A stretch of DNA of 63,870 bases, counting the filler, from Lenisia limosa (lineage: Eukaryota; Protista; Breviatea): NCBI GenBank assembly GCA_001655205.1. It is 13 parts of 13 records of this genome, joined end to end, with 100 filler letters (N's around TTAATTAATTAA, not from the genome) between each part and the next. Parts side by side here need not be neighbours in the genome. Positions count along the whole stretch, not along the records: positions 1 to 8,946 come from LPNZ01009631.1; positions 9,047 to 13,543 come from LPNZ01009588.1; 11 more parts are not named here. One strand, 5' to 3'. Below are positions 1 to 13,000 of this stretch, in pieces (position 1 is the first letter of the stretch; each line of letters opens with the position of its first letter). Under the pieces are notes generated by a model. It did not search any database. It worked only from the letters and a program-made list of their open reading frames with translations, and had not been told where the DNA came from. A program made the translations under genes and the position numbers.

Positions 1-489
1 ATTGCTTAGGAGAAATTATATTATACAAGAAAGACTACACACAAGAGTTGTATCCTGAAATGGACTATTTAGATTGCTCCTCTGCGTCCTCTTCCACGAC
101 CACGAAGTTGTTTTTCTTGGGATGAACACAAATCTAAAGTCGCTGACTAGCTCAAAAATGACTTTAAACCGGTTTTTGAGAACTTTTTTTTTAAAAAAAA
201 AAGAAACACATTTAGTTAAAAAACAGATATTTATGAACGGTGTGATATAATATGATAAATATAATATTACTTACGTGGAATACCAGCCACTTTACATCTT
301 TAGAACACGCTGAAGACGGATTTTGTTTCAAGCTTGTCACTACACCCACCTGCCGAAGTATGTAGTCCCACGGATATAGATAGAAATAGAACAATTTGGT
401 TTTGAATATCCAATCTCCACCTCGTTGTACCCGCATCAAATAATGCTGTATCACCGCAAATAACCTCCCAGTACGGCCAAAAGCTATCC

Positions 490-3400
490 CGGCACGCCCC
501 TCTGAGCAGCATCGGAAGTGACCGGTCGTCATCGCCGTCAGAGCCTTTCGCTTCGCCGCCCGGCCCGCGGTCTGTGTCCGTTTTAGCGCAGCGGTGGGTG
601 GCTGTGGCTTTGGGGGCATTGAACAACATTACGGGGAAGAAAACATAAACTGAATTATGTTGTCAGTTAAGAGCGATGTTGATCGCTCTCTCTTTTTGGA
701 AGGTTAGGAAGCCATACCTATCTGACCAGCAGACCGCCTTCTCTCAACAACAAGAGTCCCCTTGGACAAAGATCGAAAACACCGCCTCTCCCCGAGTATG
801 CTGGTTTTATACGTCAAGTGATAACGTAACGTAATTCTGTAAACATAAGCAGCTTCGGCTTGAATCACATTTTCATTTTCGCTTCCATTTTTGTCCCCTG
901 ACCACCAAGACGCAAAACGTACTCCTCAAACTACCGCCAACGGGTCGAGCCACCTCACACCAAGCGCAAGCCTCCTTCAAGCTCAAGGTAGCTTCTCAAA
1001 TTTTTAGCAAACAGTGTTCATCTTGGGGGGGGGGGGNNNNNNNNNNNNNNNNNNNNNNNNNNNNNNNNNNNNNNNNNNNNNNNNNNNNNNNNNNGTTCTT
1101 TTGTTCCTATTTCATTTTACAGTTGTACCCCACACGCACACATAATATCCTCAATCACCCATAGTATTCCTCACTTCACTGCAGTGATGGGATGTGGTGC
1201 TGCAGAAGCGACTGGACTGGGCTTTGTTTGTTTTGTTTTTATCAACCCTCGTGTGTTGTCAGTCATTTGGGCTTTTTTGTTTCATAAATTTTCTAATTTT
1301 AATCCCCCCCCCCCCCNNNNNNNNNNACATTGCCCGGGTCGGCTACATGCAGTCCCTGAAGTAGGCCCGGCTTCGAGTGGGACGAAGTTTCTCGGGGATT
1401 TATCGATGTTTTATGTGCTTCTTAAGGAAGATACGCTATCATACGTTATCTGGTTGAGTTGGTCAAGGCTTTGATATGGTTCTGAAGACGGGAAAACTCT
1501 CGACAGTTGAGCACTGGTCAGGGGAGTCTTGGGCCTCGGTCTTCATCTCATCAATTCGTGTTGTTTTGAAGGAGAGTCTTGGGCCTCGGTCTTCATCTTA
1601 TCAATTCGTGTCGTTTTGAAGGGAGTCTTCATCTCATCAATTCGTATCGTTTTGTGGTGTGGCATTCTCTTTGTTGTACATGAGCATAACCACAACCTCT
1701 CTTGAATTATGTTCTTCCAGACCATTTTAACCCAATTTAGATCCGGGCTTAGAGCGCCTCCTTTGCCCCAGGCTGGGTCACAAAATGTCAACCCGTGGCC
1801 CTGGGTGTTCACAGCCTCCAAACGGAGCCCCATTCACTTTGCGGCTCTTGGCGGCTCGGTTAAGGCGTGCCAACTGCTGCTCGTGGGTATAAGTATTAAG
1901 TAATGATTAGAGTGGGTTTGCTTTGTATTGAAAAGTTCGGATAGTTTTTTTATTTTATTTTTTTTCATTTGACTGAGCAGAACGAGAAGTCGCCCCCTGT
2001 CAATGCTATCGACAAAAACGGACACACAGCCATTAATCTCGCGGTCAAAAGCGGCAATCTTGAGGTGACTGGAATAAGACAGGGTCTGTTGAATAACGAT
2101 ATCGGACCGTCTTGTTTGGAACTCTTTTTCTGTTTTGATATCTCTGGGGGTTTCGCTATTCCAATTAGCGGAATACCATTATAAGGCATGAAATACGATG
2201 GAAATTGTTACATGGACATTTTGGGTGCCTTAAGACCAGCACTATGTTTTAACTTGATCTTTCTTTTACGTTTTTAATCAAATTTTCAACCACCCGAACA
2301 ATCTTTGACCTTCGCAGCTAGTGAAGTTGCTCCTCGACAACAAAGCCTCGGCACAGGTCCAGAACAGTGTTTTGCCCCTCTCATTGGCCGTCAGTCATTT
2401 GTCGGGTGCACAGGGCATGTCTATGGTGGGAGTCGGGTGCACAGGGCATGTCCATTGTTTTTTTTTTGTTTTTTTTTTGAGTTTTTTGTTTGGAGTTTCA
2501 GATTATTCAGTTCGTGAAGTNNNNNNNNNNNNNNNNNNNNNNNNNNNNNNNNNNNNNNNNNNNNNNNNNNNNNNNNNNNNNNNNNNNNNNNNNNNNNNGC
2601 AGCCAACCCTCTCACTGTCGCCTCTTCCCGCGGCTGGACCGAGGCATGCCGCCTGCTGCTCTCTTCTGGAGCAAATGCTTCATGTATGTCCATTGGGTGT
2701 ATAAAGCTTCATGTTTGTATATTGGGCACCCAAACATCGGCAAAGCCGGCACATTTTGATCGCATTCTTTGAGCATCACATCACGTTTTTAGATTGTGAT
2801 TCCCGAGGCCTGACACCCCTCTTTGTGGCTGCCGAAGGCGGTGGGGGGCTATTGCTTTTCTTTTGATTTGGAACAGTTTCTTCTGAAATAGTTATGAATC
2901 ATGCAAAACATGTCAGTATACACATTATAGTATGTCGATATTATACATTTGTTGTTTTCTAATGGATATTATTTCTCTTATATTTTGAATACCATGATAT
3001 GCATATATGTATTTATGTACGATTGTTATTGAGAGGCTCGCGTTTCTTGAATTACTTTATTAATACACCTAAGGGTGACGTTTCCTGTGAATTTTATATC
3101 GGTTCTACCCCTTTACATTCCTCCTGCTCACCCCCCCTCAGGTCACCGCAAGGTCGTGTCGTTGCTGCTCTCGTCAGGAGCCAACCCGGCCATAGGCCGT
3201 CCCGCCCTTGTGGCTGTTGCCGTCAAGGTGTGCAGGGGTTATTTTGTCTGAATAGAATGCACCAATGTCTCTGTTTTCGTCGCCTTTGTTACAATATTAA
3301 CTGACTTGTAGGCATCACGAGGTTGTGATCACCTCTCCAAGTACATTGATAGTGAGAGGCGTGAAACACTGAGAAACTGCTATTATCTGTCCTTTCGACT

Positions 3401-4195
3401 TTTGTGTATCTCGATAACCATGAACTGCATTGTGATCTTGCTTTAGTTGTGCAAATGCTTCAGCCGCACCCCTTCTCTTCTGAATTCTCTGGGAGGTTTG
3501 TTCGCTTTTCCAGTTCATCAGTCATTAATACAGCTGGAGTGTGATGTTAATGTTTTAAGAAACAATCGTAAATCACACATTACATCTTATCAAAGAACAT
3601 AACCAATACTTGCTCCAGTTTTAATTGAATAAACCTCCGATCTCACGCCAACAGTTCCGGGGCGAAGGCACCTTCAGCTTACGAGGCAGCCAAAGCTCTC
3701 CACGCCCTCTCCCGCAGAGTGGCCAAAGGTGGGCATACCAAACGCTTGTCCTCGAATACTCACCCCCATGCTCCTCCCTATTGTCCGCCCAAGACATAAC
3801 AGCATCACTCACCATGCAGACGACCCTTCGCTCGCAGCCAAGGCCAAGGACTCTGCACAGGCCTTGGACAAGTACATTGGCAAAGTGGGGGGGGGGGGGN
3901 NNNNNNNNNNNNNNNNNNNNNNNNNNNNNNNNNNNNNNNNNNNNNNNNNNNNNNNNNNNNNNNNNNNNNNNNNNNNNNNNNNNNNNNNNNNNNNNNNNNN
4001 NNNNNNNNNNNNNNNNNNNNNNNNNNNNNNNNNNNNNNNNNNNNNNNNNNNNNNNNNNNNNNNNNNNNNNNNNNNNNNNNNNNNNNNNATTATATTGTTG
4101 ACCTTCTTCTATCGCCCTGTCAAAGTGCACTATGTTTATACCCTCTAAACCCCCAGGCAAAGCAAGGTGACTCTGAAGAAGAAGGAGGAGGTGTG
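490..4195 (+). CDS. Ankyrin-repeat protein, multi-exon, ends uncertain
   Basis: GT-AG-bounded exons translate to ankyrin repeats: YSSLHYIARVGYMQSLK (1165-1360), KRSPIHFAALGGSVKACQLLL (1815-1882), NAIDKNGHTAINLAVKSGNLE (1981-2064), VKLLLDNKASAQ (~2321), NPLTVASSRGWTEACRLLLSSGANAS (~2603), RGLTPLFVAAEG/GHRKVVSLLLSSGANP (~2806-3229). Confidence 0.75.
1181..1326 (+). mobile_element. Family A intronic repeat (~140 bp), spans a whole predicted intron
   Basis: GTGATGGGATGTGGTGCTGCAGAAGCGACTGGACTGGGCTTTGTTTG...AACCCTCGTGTGTTGTCAG...TTTGGGCTTTTTTGTTTCATAAATTTTCTAATTTTAATCCCCCC, lying between exons 1165-1180 and 1327-1360. Confidence 0.7.
1521..1655. repeat. Tandem repeat, ~51-bp unit, ~2.5 copies
   Basis: GGAGTCTTGGGCCTCGGTCTTCATCT(C/T)ATCAATTCGTGT(T/C)GTTTTGAA repeated. 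Confidence 0.85.
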
Positions 4196-4519
4196 TAGGG
4201 TCAACAGTATAGCGACTTTCGCTACTTTATGGGACGCTTCTAAATACTGTATCAATTTTGGATATTTATATTGCTTCTCAATTTCGCCAAAACCCCCCAA
4301 TCCAGTATTACCCACATTGCCACCAACCTGACCCCTTTAGGTCGTACCCGACGACCGTGACGATGATATGGTTGGGGGGGGGGTAGTAAAATTGGACAAT
4401 TCATGAAACAAAAATTGCCCAAATCACCTCTTTCGGATGACTAAGGAGTTACGAAATTGAATGCCTTAAAACGACAAATCATTGATTTGTATCCATGTTA
4501 GTCCTTTCTATGACTTCGT

Positions 4520-7500
4520 TGTGGTTCTCATCATCATAAACGGCATTAACGGCCTTCTTAGGAGCGGCAGAACTTCTCAGTGTTTCACGCCACACACGAT
4601 GGTTATTTATAGAGTTGTATGATTTTCGGTCTTTTTATGTGTCATAGATTTTGATAAGACGTTTTTGTTGTAAGTAACAGATTACATTAAATAATAAGAA
4701 AAACCCAGCCTAATCTCTGCGGTCGCGAGACCTTCTGGCCTCCTTCTCACGCTTCCGTTCCTTTTGGCGCCGCCGCTCCTTCTCCTCCTCCCGATCACGT
4801 CGCTATAAGGTCAGAACACGCAAATTCAGAAACTCAATTGTAATTAAAAGCGAGACGGGATTTTGAAGCTTCGCAAAGCAAAAAAGGGGGAGAGGGATAC
4901 AGAAATAATGGGCCATCTAAAAAAAAGCCTACCTCAGATCGTGATGATCGTCTCTCCTCATCAGAATCGCGTCTCCTCTCCTCCTTATCCCGGCTGCGCT
5001 TTTCTTTGCGGTCCTTGCGCTCACGTTCATCGTGGCGTGATTCCCTTGTCTCCTTGCGTTCCCTCCTTCTCTCCTCCTTCTCTTTTCTCTCGCTTTTCTC
5101 CTTCTTCTCCACATCTCTCTCCTCCTTTGTGCGTTCCCTTCTGCTGACACGGTTGTCGCTGTTTTCCCTCCTGTAACAAGTGAAAAGAGGAAATCATAAT
5201 GACCTGTTAATGGGGTACTGAACTGAGTTTTTTTGGAAAATATTGTCTTAACACTATTCATCCACCCCATTTCTGGAAAACGTCAACACCTGAACTCCAT
5301 TCCCAATACCCCACAAGACTCACAATGCCAAGAGTTTCACCTCGGTTCGAAAAAGTCCGGTAAAGTATCGATAGCTTACGAGGATTTATCGAGAAATTCA
5401 GTCTTTTTTTCGAACCGAAGTGAAGCCCTAACCCCGCACCTGGATTCGCGTTCGCGTCGCCTCTCCCTTCGTGCCTCGCGGTCTTCATCATTCTCCTCGG
5501 CCTTCCTCTTCTCCCTTCTTGCCTCCTTCTCCGCTCGGCGCGCTGCCTTATCTCGGGTCTACAGTGGTAAATTGCAGGAAGGTTCGCTATACCCTGTACA
5601 ATATACCATATAATATGATATATAGCAATGAGAAATAAAAAACAAGGTTGTATGGTACAGCGGTCACCTAGCCTCCATTGTAGCACCGCCAACAGATTAA
5701 TATAACACTGATGTGTACCAATCGTCGGAGACTTATTAAATAAAACCCCCCTCCCACCTCCTTCTTTGACGGTTCCGGCACTTGGAAATCACCAAGGCTC
5801 CTTGAGTGTTACTTGCGCAGTATAATAAGAGGTTTAAACCGTCAAATTCTATCGCTTTATGACTTACTCTGACTTCATATTTTTTATATATCGATATACT
5901 ATATATCATATAATAATATGATATATATAGCTATATGATATATCTAGATATACATATCGATATTTATTATTATTGTTTTTTTGAATGATTATTTTTTTTT
6001 TTATTATTATTTTATTTATTATTATTATTTTTTTTTTTTTGGGGGGGGGGTCAAAGGATGNNNNNNNNNNNNNNNNNNNNNNNNNNNNNNNNNNNNNNNN
6101 NNNNNNNNNNNNNNNNNNNNNNNNNNCTTGATTTCACAGCGCAGAAGTTCAAATATGAAATAAAAATTGACCAGGAGAAAACACAGCCCCAGCCAACTCA
6201 GCAGTCTCGGACTTCTCCATTGAGGGTTGTTCTTCAACAATGTCCTTCTCGGGTTCAACCTCAGGACTTGCCTCTTTTTCCTCGATCTTCTCCACAACCT
6301 CCTCTTCTTCAATCTTCTCCTCGACTTTCCCCTAGGAAGGGTTAATGACAGGTATTTAATTCAGAGGAAGTAGTCTTGGAGGTCGTCATATGCAGAGCAG
6401 GTATCAGTATTAGGTGCCCAACTTTGTTCCCAAAATAAGATGGAAAAATCAATTATCACGTTTAACTAGTTTTTTGTCTTACAACACCAGTTTTTTTTTT
6501 TCCAGACCAATACAACTAGCATTATAGTAAAACTCTATTGGAATATTAACATCATACATTCACTTTTCAGAAAAAGAGAGCCCCCACCTTGGCCGGCTCG
6601 GGCTGCAGCAGCCTGACCTCCTCCAGCACGGTTTTGAGTAGTGTCTCGGTTGAGCCCAACTATGGCGTGAAATGGCTCCAGCATTAGTGATAAAGATAGG
6701 ACTTCACTTCGGTTCAAAAAAAACTGAATTTCTCGACTAGTCCTCTAAAACTATCTATCGACATTTCACAGTTTTTTTCGAACCAAAGCGAAGCCCTAGA
6801 TATAGAAATAGCATCATCTTGATCTCAAAGGGAATAACTCTCAGCTCCCACCTCAACAGGGGAGTCGCCACGACGTTGGAGCCTCGAGAATTCTGCTCGG
6901 ATTGCCTGGGGTGTCAGGTGTATGTATACATGACAATGACAATGGTGGGTCAAATGTGCAGTGACCGGGATAAGTCTTGACCGATTTGCTCTGGGATTTC
7001 CCAAGGATAATCGGCCAACACTTATCCTGGCCAATGTATGGGTCAAATGTATATCATACACTCTTCGTGCTCACTTTAGTGTTGGTGAAACCATGTGAAA
7101 TTAAAGATATCGTATGTATGTGGGGCCAAATGTATGCGAATGGAGAATATCAAAGATTCAGTCCGTGTTTTTCATAGATTGGTCGCCCCCAACCAAGAGA
7201 GCTTTCTCCATGGACACACGGGTCTTTTCAGACTTCTCTTTCTGCTCTTTAGCCACCTCAGCATCGGCCTCGCTCTGAGGGGGGGGGGGGCAATGTAAAA
7301 TTNNNNNNNNNNNNNNNNNNNNNNNNNNNNNNNNNNNNNNNNNNNNNNNNNNNNNNNNNNNNNNNNNNNNNNNNNNNNNNNNNNNNNNNNNNNNNNNNNN
7401 NNNNNNNNNNNNNNNNNNNNNNNNNNNNNNNNNNNNNNNNNNNNNNNNNNNNNNNNNNNNNNNNNNNNNNNNNNNNNNNNNNNNNNNNNNNNNNNNNNNN

Positions 7501-8946
7501 NNNNNNNNNNNNNNNNNNNNNNNNNNNNNNNNNNNNNNCCTTCTGAGCCTCTTCCTGAACGACCATGAAAGAGGACAATGAATTGGCAAAGGAGAAACCA
7601 GGAATGTGGAAACAGAAAAGAAAACGGGTCAATTTGCACTGAACAGAAACACGAGCAAATGGCACGTTTTTAAGATTACTGATCCAAAGAATGACATGAG
7701 AATACAGTGACCGGGATAAGTTTTGAAAGATTTTCCTTGGAAAAACACAGAGCAAATCGGTCGAGACTTATCCCGATCACTGTATATCGAAGTGTTTATA
7801 AAAGGAAGCCTGGAGTCCCCTGAAGTACCTCCTCGCGATAGGTCTGGATAAGGGCCTCGGCCTGGGCGCGGGCGTCGCGCTCAGTTTTCAACGCCTCCTC
7901 CTTCTCCTCAACTGCAGACTGAGGGGGGGGGGGTTAATGGTTCAAAAAAAAGNNNNNNNNNNNNNNNNNNNNNNNNNNNNNNNNNNNNNNNNNNNNNNNN
8001 NNNNNNNNNNNNNNNNNNNNNNNNNNNNNNNNNNNNNNNAAAAAAATGCAAATGATATTGGTTAACTTGATATTAAGCAATTCATTTTATGGTGGGAACT
8101 CAAGCGAAATCCCAGCCCCTCCAAGCCAGCACCCCCCTCCAATCCCCGTTATACCTTGATCTGGAGCAGTTCCTCCTCGCGGGCAGCAGCAACCGACTCA
8201 ATTTCAGCCAACTTCTGGGCATTTTCCTCGGCCTTCTGCTTCTCAAGTGCCTAAGGGGTCAGAAGGGATTAATGGGGAAGATTAGCACTAAAAAAGGGGC
8301 CTTGATAAAATACCCAAACGTTTCTTGAATATTCAAAAGTGCTTTCTGCTCATATGTAGTTAAGTATATGAATCTATCCGTTGCCTACTGCACCACCACG
8401 CACCTTCTCCTCCTCTTCCCTGGCCCGGGTCTCCTCCTCCTCCCGCGCAACCCGTTCCTCATGTTCTTTCGAGGCGGCGGCGGCAAGACCTCCGTCATCC
8501 TCCTCGTCCTGGTCCTGGGGGGNNNNNNNNNNNNNNNNNNNNNNNNNNNNNNNNNNNNNNNNNNNNNNNNNNNNNNNNNNNNNNNNNNNNNNNNNNNNNN
8601 NNNNNNNNNNNNNNNNNNNNNNNNNNNNNNNNNNNNNNNNNNNNNNNNNNNNNNNNNNNNNNNNNNNNNNNNNNNNNNNNNNNNNNNNNNNNNNNNNNNN
8701 NNNNNNNNNNNNNNNNNNNTTCATGTAATATACTGAGGGCTTCACTTCGGTTCGAAAACAGACTGAATTTCTCGATAAATCATCGATATTTTACCGGTCT
8801 TTTCGAATTGAAGTGAAGTTCTAAGTATACTGCATACATTGAACTGTATCGCAAACAACAATTTGGATTCCCCAGAATTGGGGTTATCTCTTCAGGTACC
8901 CTACACACCTGTGCCTGGGGCTGTACAAACGACTCAGGGAGGTCTC
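4520..8946 (-). CDS. Large charged (E/K/R-rich) coiled-coil/low-complexity protein, 5' end cut by spacer
   Basis: Minus-strand exons with C-tract+AG acceptors: ALEKQKAEENAQKLAEIESVAAAREEELLQIK, EEKEEALKTERDARAQAEALIQTYREE, SEADAEVAKEQKEKSEKTRVSMEK, ERKEKEERRRERKETRESRHDERERKDRKEKRSRDKEERRRDSDEERRSSRSE. No diagnostic domain recognised. Confidence 0.6.
5330..5430. mobile_element. Family C MITE (hAT-like), left end degenerate
   Basis: ...TTTCACCTCGGTTCGAAAAAG...CTTTTTTTCGAACCGAAGTGAAGCCCTA; TSD not preserved. Confidence 0.7.
6697..6798. mobile_element. Family C hAT-like MITE with 8-bp TSD
   Basis: TAGGACTTCACTTCGGTTC...GAACCAAAGCGAAGCCCTA; flanks GATAAAGA / GATATAGA (7/8). Confidence 0.85.
6959..7036. 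mobile_element. Family B MITE (Tc1/mariner-like), degenerate right arm
   Basis: CAGTGACCGGGATAAGTCTTGACCGATTT...AATCGGCCAACACTTATCCTGGCCAATG. Confidence 0.7.
7705..7782. mobile_element. Family B MITE, 78 bp, CAGTG..CACTG termini with TA on both flanks
   Basis: TA|CAGTGACCGGGATAAG...CTTATCCCGATCACTG|TA. Other copies: 46418-46492 (near full), 38932-38970 (right arm + TA), 40833-40882 (TA + left arm), ~28212-28240 (remnant). Confidence 0.8.
8735..8823. mobile_element. Family C hAT-like MITE with 8-bp TSD
   Basis: Flanks AATATACT / AGTATACT (7/8). Confidence 0.8.
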
Positions 8947-9046
8947 NNNNNNNNNNNNNNNNNNNNNNNNNNNNNNNNNNNNNNNNNNNNTTAATTAATT
9001 AANNNNNNNNNNNNNNNNNNNNNNNNNNNNNNNNNNNNNNNNNNNN
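8947..9046. other. Artificial 100-bp contig spacer (44 N + TTAATTAATTAA + 44 N); first of 12
   Basis: The 12-mer (stops in all six frames) occurs at 8991, 13588, 31013, 32307, 33773, 42194, 46314, 47506, 55660, 57817, 60906 and 62394, always inside N-runs. Confidence 0.95.
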
Positions 9047-10074
9047 GGGGGGGGGGGGTAAATAGAAAATTTATTCAGGACTTTGCCGGTCCACCCCGGA
9101 CCAGCCGGATTTTCTTGAGTTTTTCCTTTTTCTGACTATAAAAATTCGTTGTTAAAGCGATTAATTCTTGCAGAGGAATATAGGAGTGCTTTTGAGAATG
9201 ATCCCTCCTGTTGAAGGTGGCGCAGAGCCGCCAAGGAACTGGTAAGCTGTTACATTAAAAGTTTTGAAGAACTGCTTTCTAGGCTTGAATGATTACATAT
9301 TAACAAGTTACGTTCTTTATGTAATATATGCTGACTTTAAAAATGCTGAACAGAATGCTTCGGGATATTCAGGATGAAAGAGAAGCCCCAATCAGGTAGA
9401 TCTGCCCTTCGTACGGACGATGGCTGCAACAAATCCCCCTGCCTCCAACGCCACGTTTGCAGCCAATGCCAAAACTCTCCCAGCAAAGCACCAGTTCTCT
9501 GGTTTTAAGAATGACGTATTATGGGCTCGTCAATATGGATGGTTCTATTGATACTACTGTCAAAGTCAGAGTTATTCAGGAAGTTTGAGCCCAGCTATTT
9601 TTTTTTATTACCTCCTATGTCAGAAAATAGTGTTATTGTAGTTGGTGTTGCCGGTAATGTTTTTAGGATTCCCCCCTTTTCACACTTTTTAGTATAAAGG
9701 TTTCCGCCCTAGATGTGACCATGATCATTCTCTGCTCATTGTAGATAATTGGGGAGGTTCAATCGGCTGTGGGTAGGAGGTACATTATTATTTTTATGAG
9801 TTCGATAGCCAGAGGAAACGGGCATCGACCGACTAAACAATGTTTATTCTGCTCTGACTCTTCAGAAAATCAAAGAACGCGGGACATGTGTTTTCCAAAA
9901 AGCAAATTCAGCTGATGAGACTCGAGCCTGTGTCTTCAATGGTGGTCACTAGCGGGTTTGAATCCTTTCAGGGCATTCACCCTTGCAATTTCGCTTTCAA
10001 GAGAGGGTTATCACTGTGGTGATTCTTTCGCCCATATTTTGAGATGTATTTTAAGAGACCCCCCCCCACCCTCA

Positions 10075-13000
10075 GCGGGTACGCGCCTAAGAATTTTCCA
10101 ACCTGTTGTCCTTCTACTTTTTTGTTTCTTATCATCTACCCTTCCAATATCTTCCCATAGCGTATTATATTCTTCAACTCCTCCAGATCGCAAGCTTGTT
10201 GGTAGCTGTGGATCCAAATCCAGAACTCTATCAACTTTGAAACGTTGAGCGGTATTTCTTCTGGCAATACAACGCTTTGCTCTTTACTGCAATTTTCGAA
10301 AATGGTATTTACCCCCAACTTATTCACACATTAAATTAGTTAATTGTTAGTGTTACGTTTTCAGCCAATGAAGTTGATTTTTTTTTTTTTTTTTTAGTNN
10401 NNNNNNNNNNNNNNNNNNNNNNNNNNNNNNNNNNNNNNNNNNNNNNNNNNNNNNNNNNNNNNNNNNNNNNNNNNNNNNNNNNNNNNNNNNNNNNNNNNNN
10501 NNNNNNNNNNNNNNNNTTCGGTTGCAGTTCCGGAAGTAACTGGGAAATAAGAGGGAAATTTGAGAAATAAGAGGGAAAATTGAGAAATGTAATAAAGAAG
10601 GAGGGTTAGTACTTGGATATAAAGAAAGAGCATCGAAAAAAAAAACATACAATATTAACAAGAAANNNNNNNNNNNNNNNNNNNNNNNNNNNNNNNNNNN
10701 NNNNNNNNNNNNNNNNNNNNNNNNNNNNNNNNNNNNNNNNNNNNNNNNNNNNNNNNNNNNNNNNNNNNNNNNNNNNNNNNNNNNNNNNNNNNNNNCGCTG
10801 GAACCTCAGTGGTGGAAGCAAGCGGGAGAAGAGGGTCGATTTCCAGCCCCACGTTTCCCCCTGGATAGGCCCCGATATTGGTTGTGCCGGAGTACAACGT
10901 GACGGACATGGAGTGTGCTCCTATGGTGAGGGGGTAAAGTGGAAAATTTATGAAACAAAAAANNNNNNNNNNNNNNNNNNNNNNNNNNNNNNNNNNNNNN
11001 NNNNNNNNNNNNNNNNNNNNNNNNNNNNNNNNNNNNNNNNNNNNNNNNNNNNNNNNNNNNNNNNNNNNNNNNNNNNNNNNNNNNNNNNNNNNNNNNNNNN
11101 NNNNNNNNNNNNNNNNNNNNNNNNNNNNNNNNNNNNNNNNNNNNNNNNNNNNNNNNNNNNNNNNNNNNNNNNNNNCTTCAAAACAGTAATATATTTCTGA
11201 GATTTCCACACTTTATTTGTTTATGAAGGGAAACATCCTTTCAAAACTTTATCGCGAAAATTTAATTTTTTTTAGCGCCACACTCGCGTAGTTTTTATTC
11301 AATTTATGCTCGCATTTTTCTCATATGTCCTTTTTACGAGTTAAATTGTTCTGAAGTTGACTGTGACATGAAAAAGAGACGAGTCACAGAAAATTGAATT
11401 AACAACAATGATACGAATTAACGACATAGTTTAGTTCCTCGAGCATATATTATATTTACATATAGTAATATATAGTAAACATATATCTGCTAGATCTTAA
11501 TGAACCAGTTTCAATAGAGACTTAACTGCACAGAAATATTTCAAGGGAAACAGAATCGCANNNNNNNNNNNNNNNNNNNNNNNNNNNNNNNNNNNNNNNN
11601 NNNNNNNNNNNNNNNNNNNNNNNNNNNNNNNNNNNNNNNNNNNNNNNNNNNNNNNNNNNNNNNNNNNNNNNNNNNNNNNNNNNNNNNNNNNNNNNNNNNN
11701 NNNNNNNNNNNNNNNNNNNNNNNNNNNNNNNNNNNNNNNNNGTGAGCATCCCGTCCTGGGTGGGTTAAAAACTGCTTTGTTTCCTGGAGAAAGAACTAAT
11801 CATACATGGGAATACAGAATAAATAGAAAGGTTCAACAATAACAAAATTGGTTGTTTTGTGTACTGTACAAAACTAACATATCATCATCATATCATACAA
11901 AGTAGTATCTAATATAGGATTTATATACTGAATATATGGCAATGAGAAATTAAAACAAGGTTGTATCNNNNNNNNNNNNNNNNNNNNNNNNNNNNNNNNN
12001 NNNNNNNNNNNNNNNNNNNNNNNNNNNNNNNNNNNNNNNNNNNNNNNNNNNNNNNNNNNNNNNNNNNNNNNNNNNNNNNTTGCCTTAAAACTCTGTGCAC
12101 ACATATTGATATTATCTGTTATAGTATGATATACATGTAGCAAACTTAACCCCCCTCCCACGGAAGATCTGTAACTGTCGAGGTGATATTGGCGGACCTC
12201 AGAGGCACGTTTTGGGCCGTAAACGTTCTAATAACTATACTGCGAGGGTGAGGAGAGGAATGAAGTAGCATTAACGAGAGTAAAACAAAACCAGGCTTAT
12301 ACCCTGAAATTAACATTCTGAATAAACGCGAAAAGAATCAAAGAAACAAAGGCCAGCTATAAAACTCGCCACCCACGTCAAAGAGTCCCCAGCACTGATT
12401 TTGGAGGGACTTTGCACAGTGGTTTTGGACAGATCAAGTTCTGGATATGTCAATACGAGATATCATGGGACATGTCATATTTGGCCGTGAAAATATCATG
12501 TAATCAATTTAATACGACTCAAACATGTCACCCCCCACTTGGTGGCAGGTAGTCAAACAACGTATCAAAATCCGTTGGCGTGGACGCCNNNNNNNNNNNN
12601 NNNNNNNNNNNNNNNNNNNNNNNNNNNNNNNNNNNNNNNNNNNNNNNNNNNNNNNNNNNNNNNNNNNNNNNNNNNNNNNNNNNNNNNNNNNNNNNNNNNN
12701 NNNNNNNNNNNNNNNNNNNNNNNNNNNNNNGCTCACCCCTCACCATGTCCCCATCGCCAGCCTCCATGCCCCAGGCATGTCCGGAAGCAAGGCTCGCAAA
12801 CACTACTGTCGAATCTGAAACAGTAAACACCAAGAACAATGGTGATGATGAAACAGAAACATCAAGATTAAGATCAATGATGAAATGGCTTATCTTTATC
12901 CATTAGGCTCTCTTGATTACATCATAATGATTTAAGGATTATGACAATTTCAGATTGTATTCAGTCTACTACACCACACGCTCCCCCCAACCAGCTTTGA

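Noticed and set aside
5330-5440. Family C or B MITEs as intron generators
   Set aside because: Their ends do not coincide with splice sites (nearest donor is 9 nt away and the TSD there does not match); they appear to be passengers in existing introns.
9198-9530. Short plus-strand exon-like pieces (MIPPVEGGAEPPRNW; MLRDIQDEREAPIR)
   Set aside because: Could not be extended into a consistent model, and the minus strand offers competing readings.
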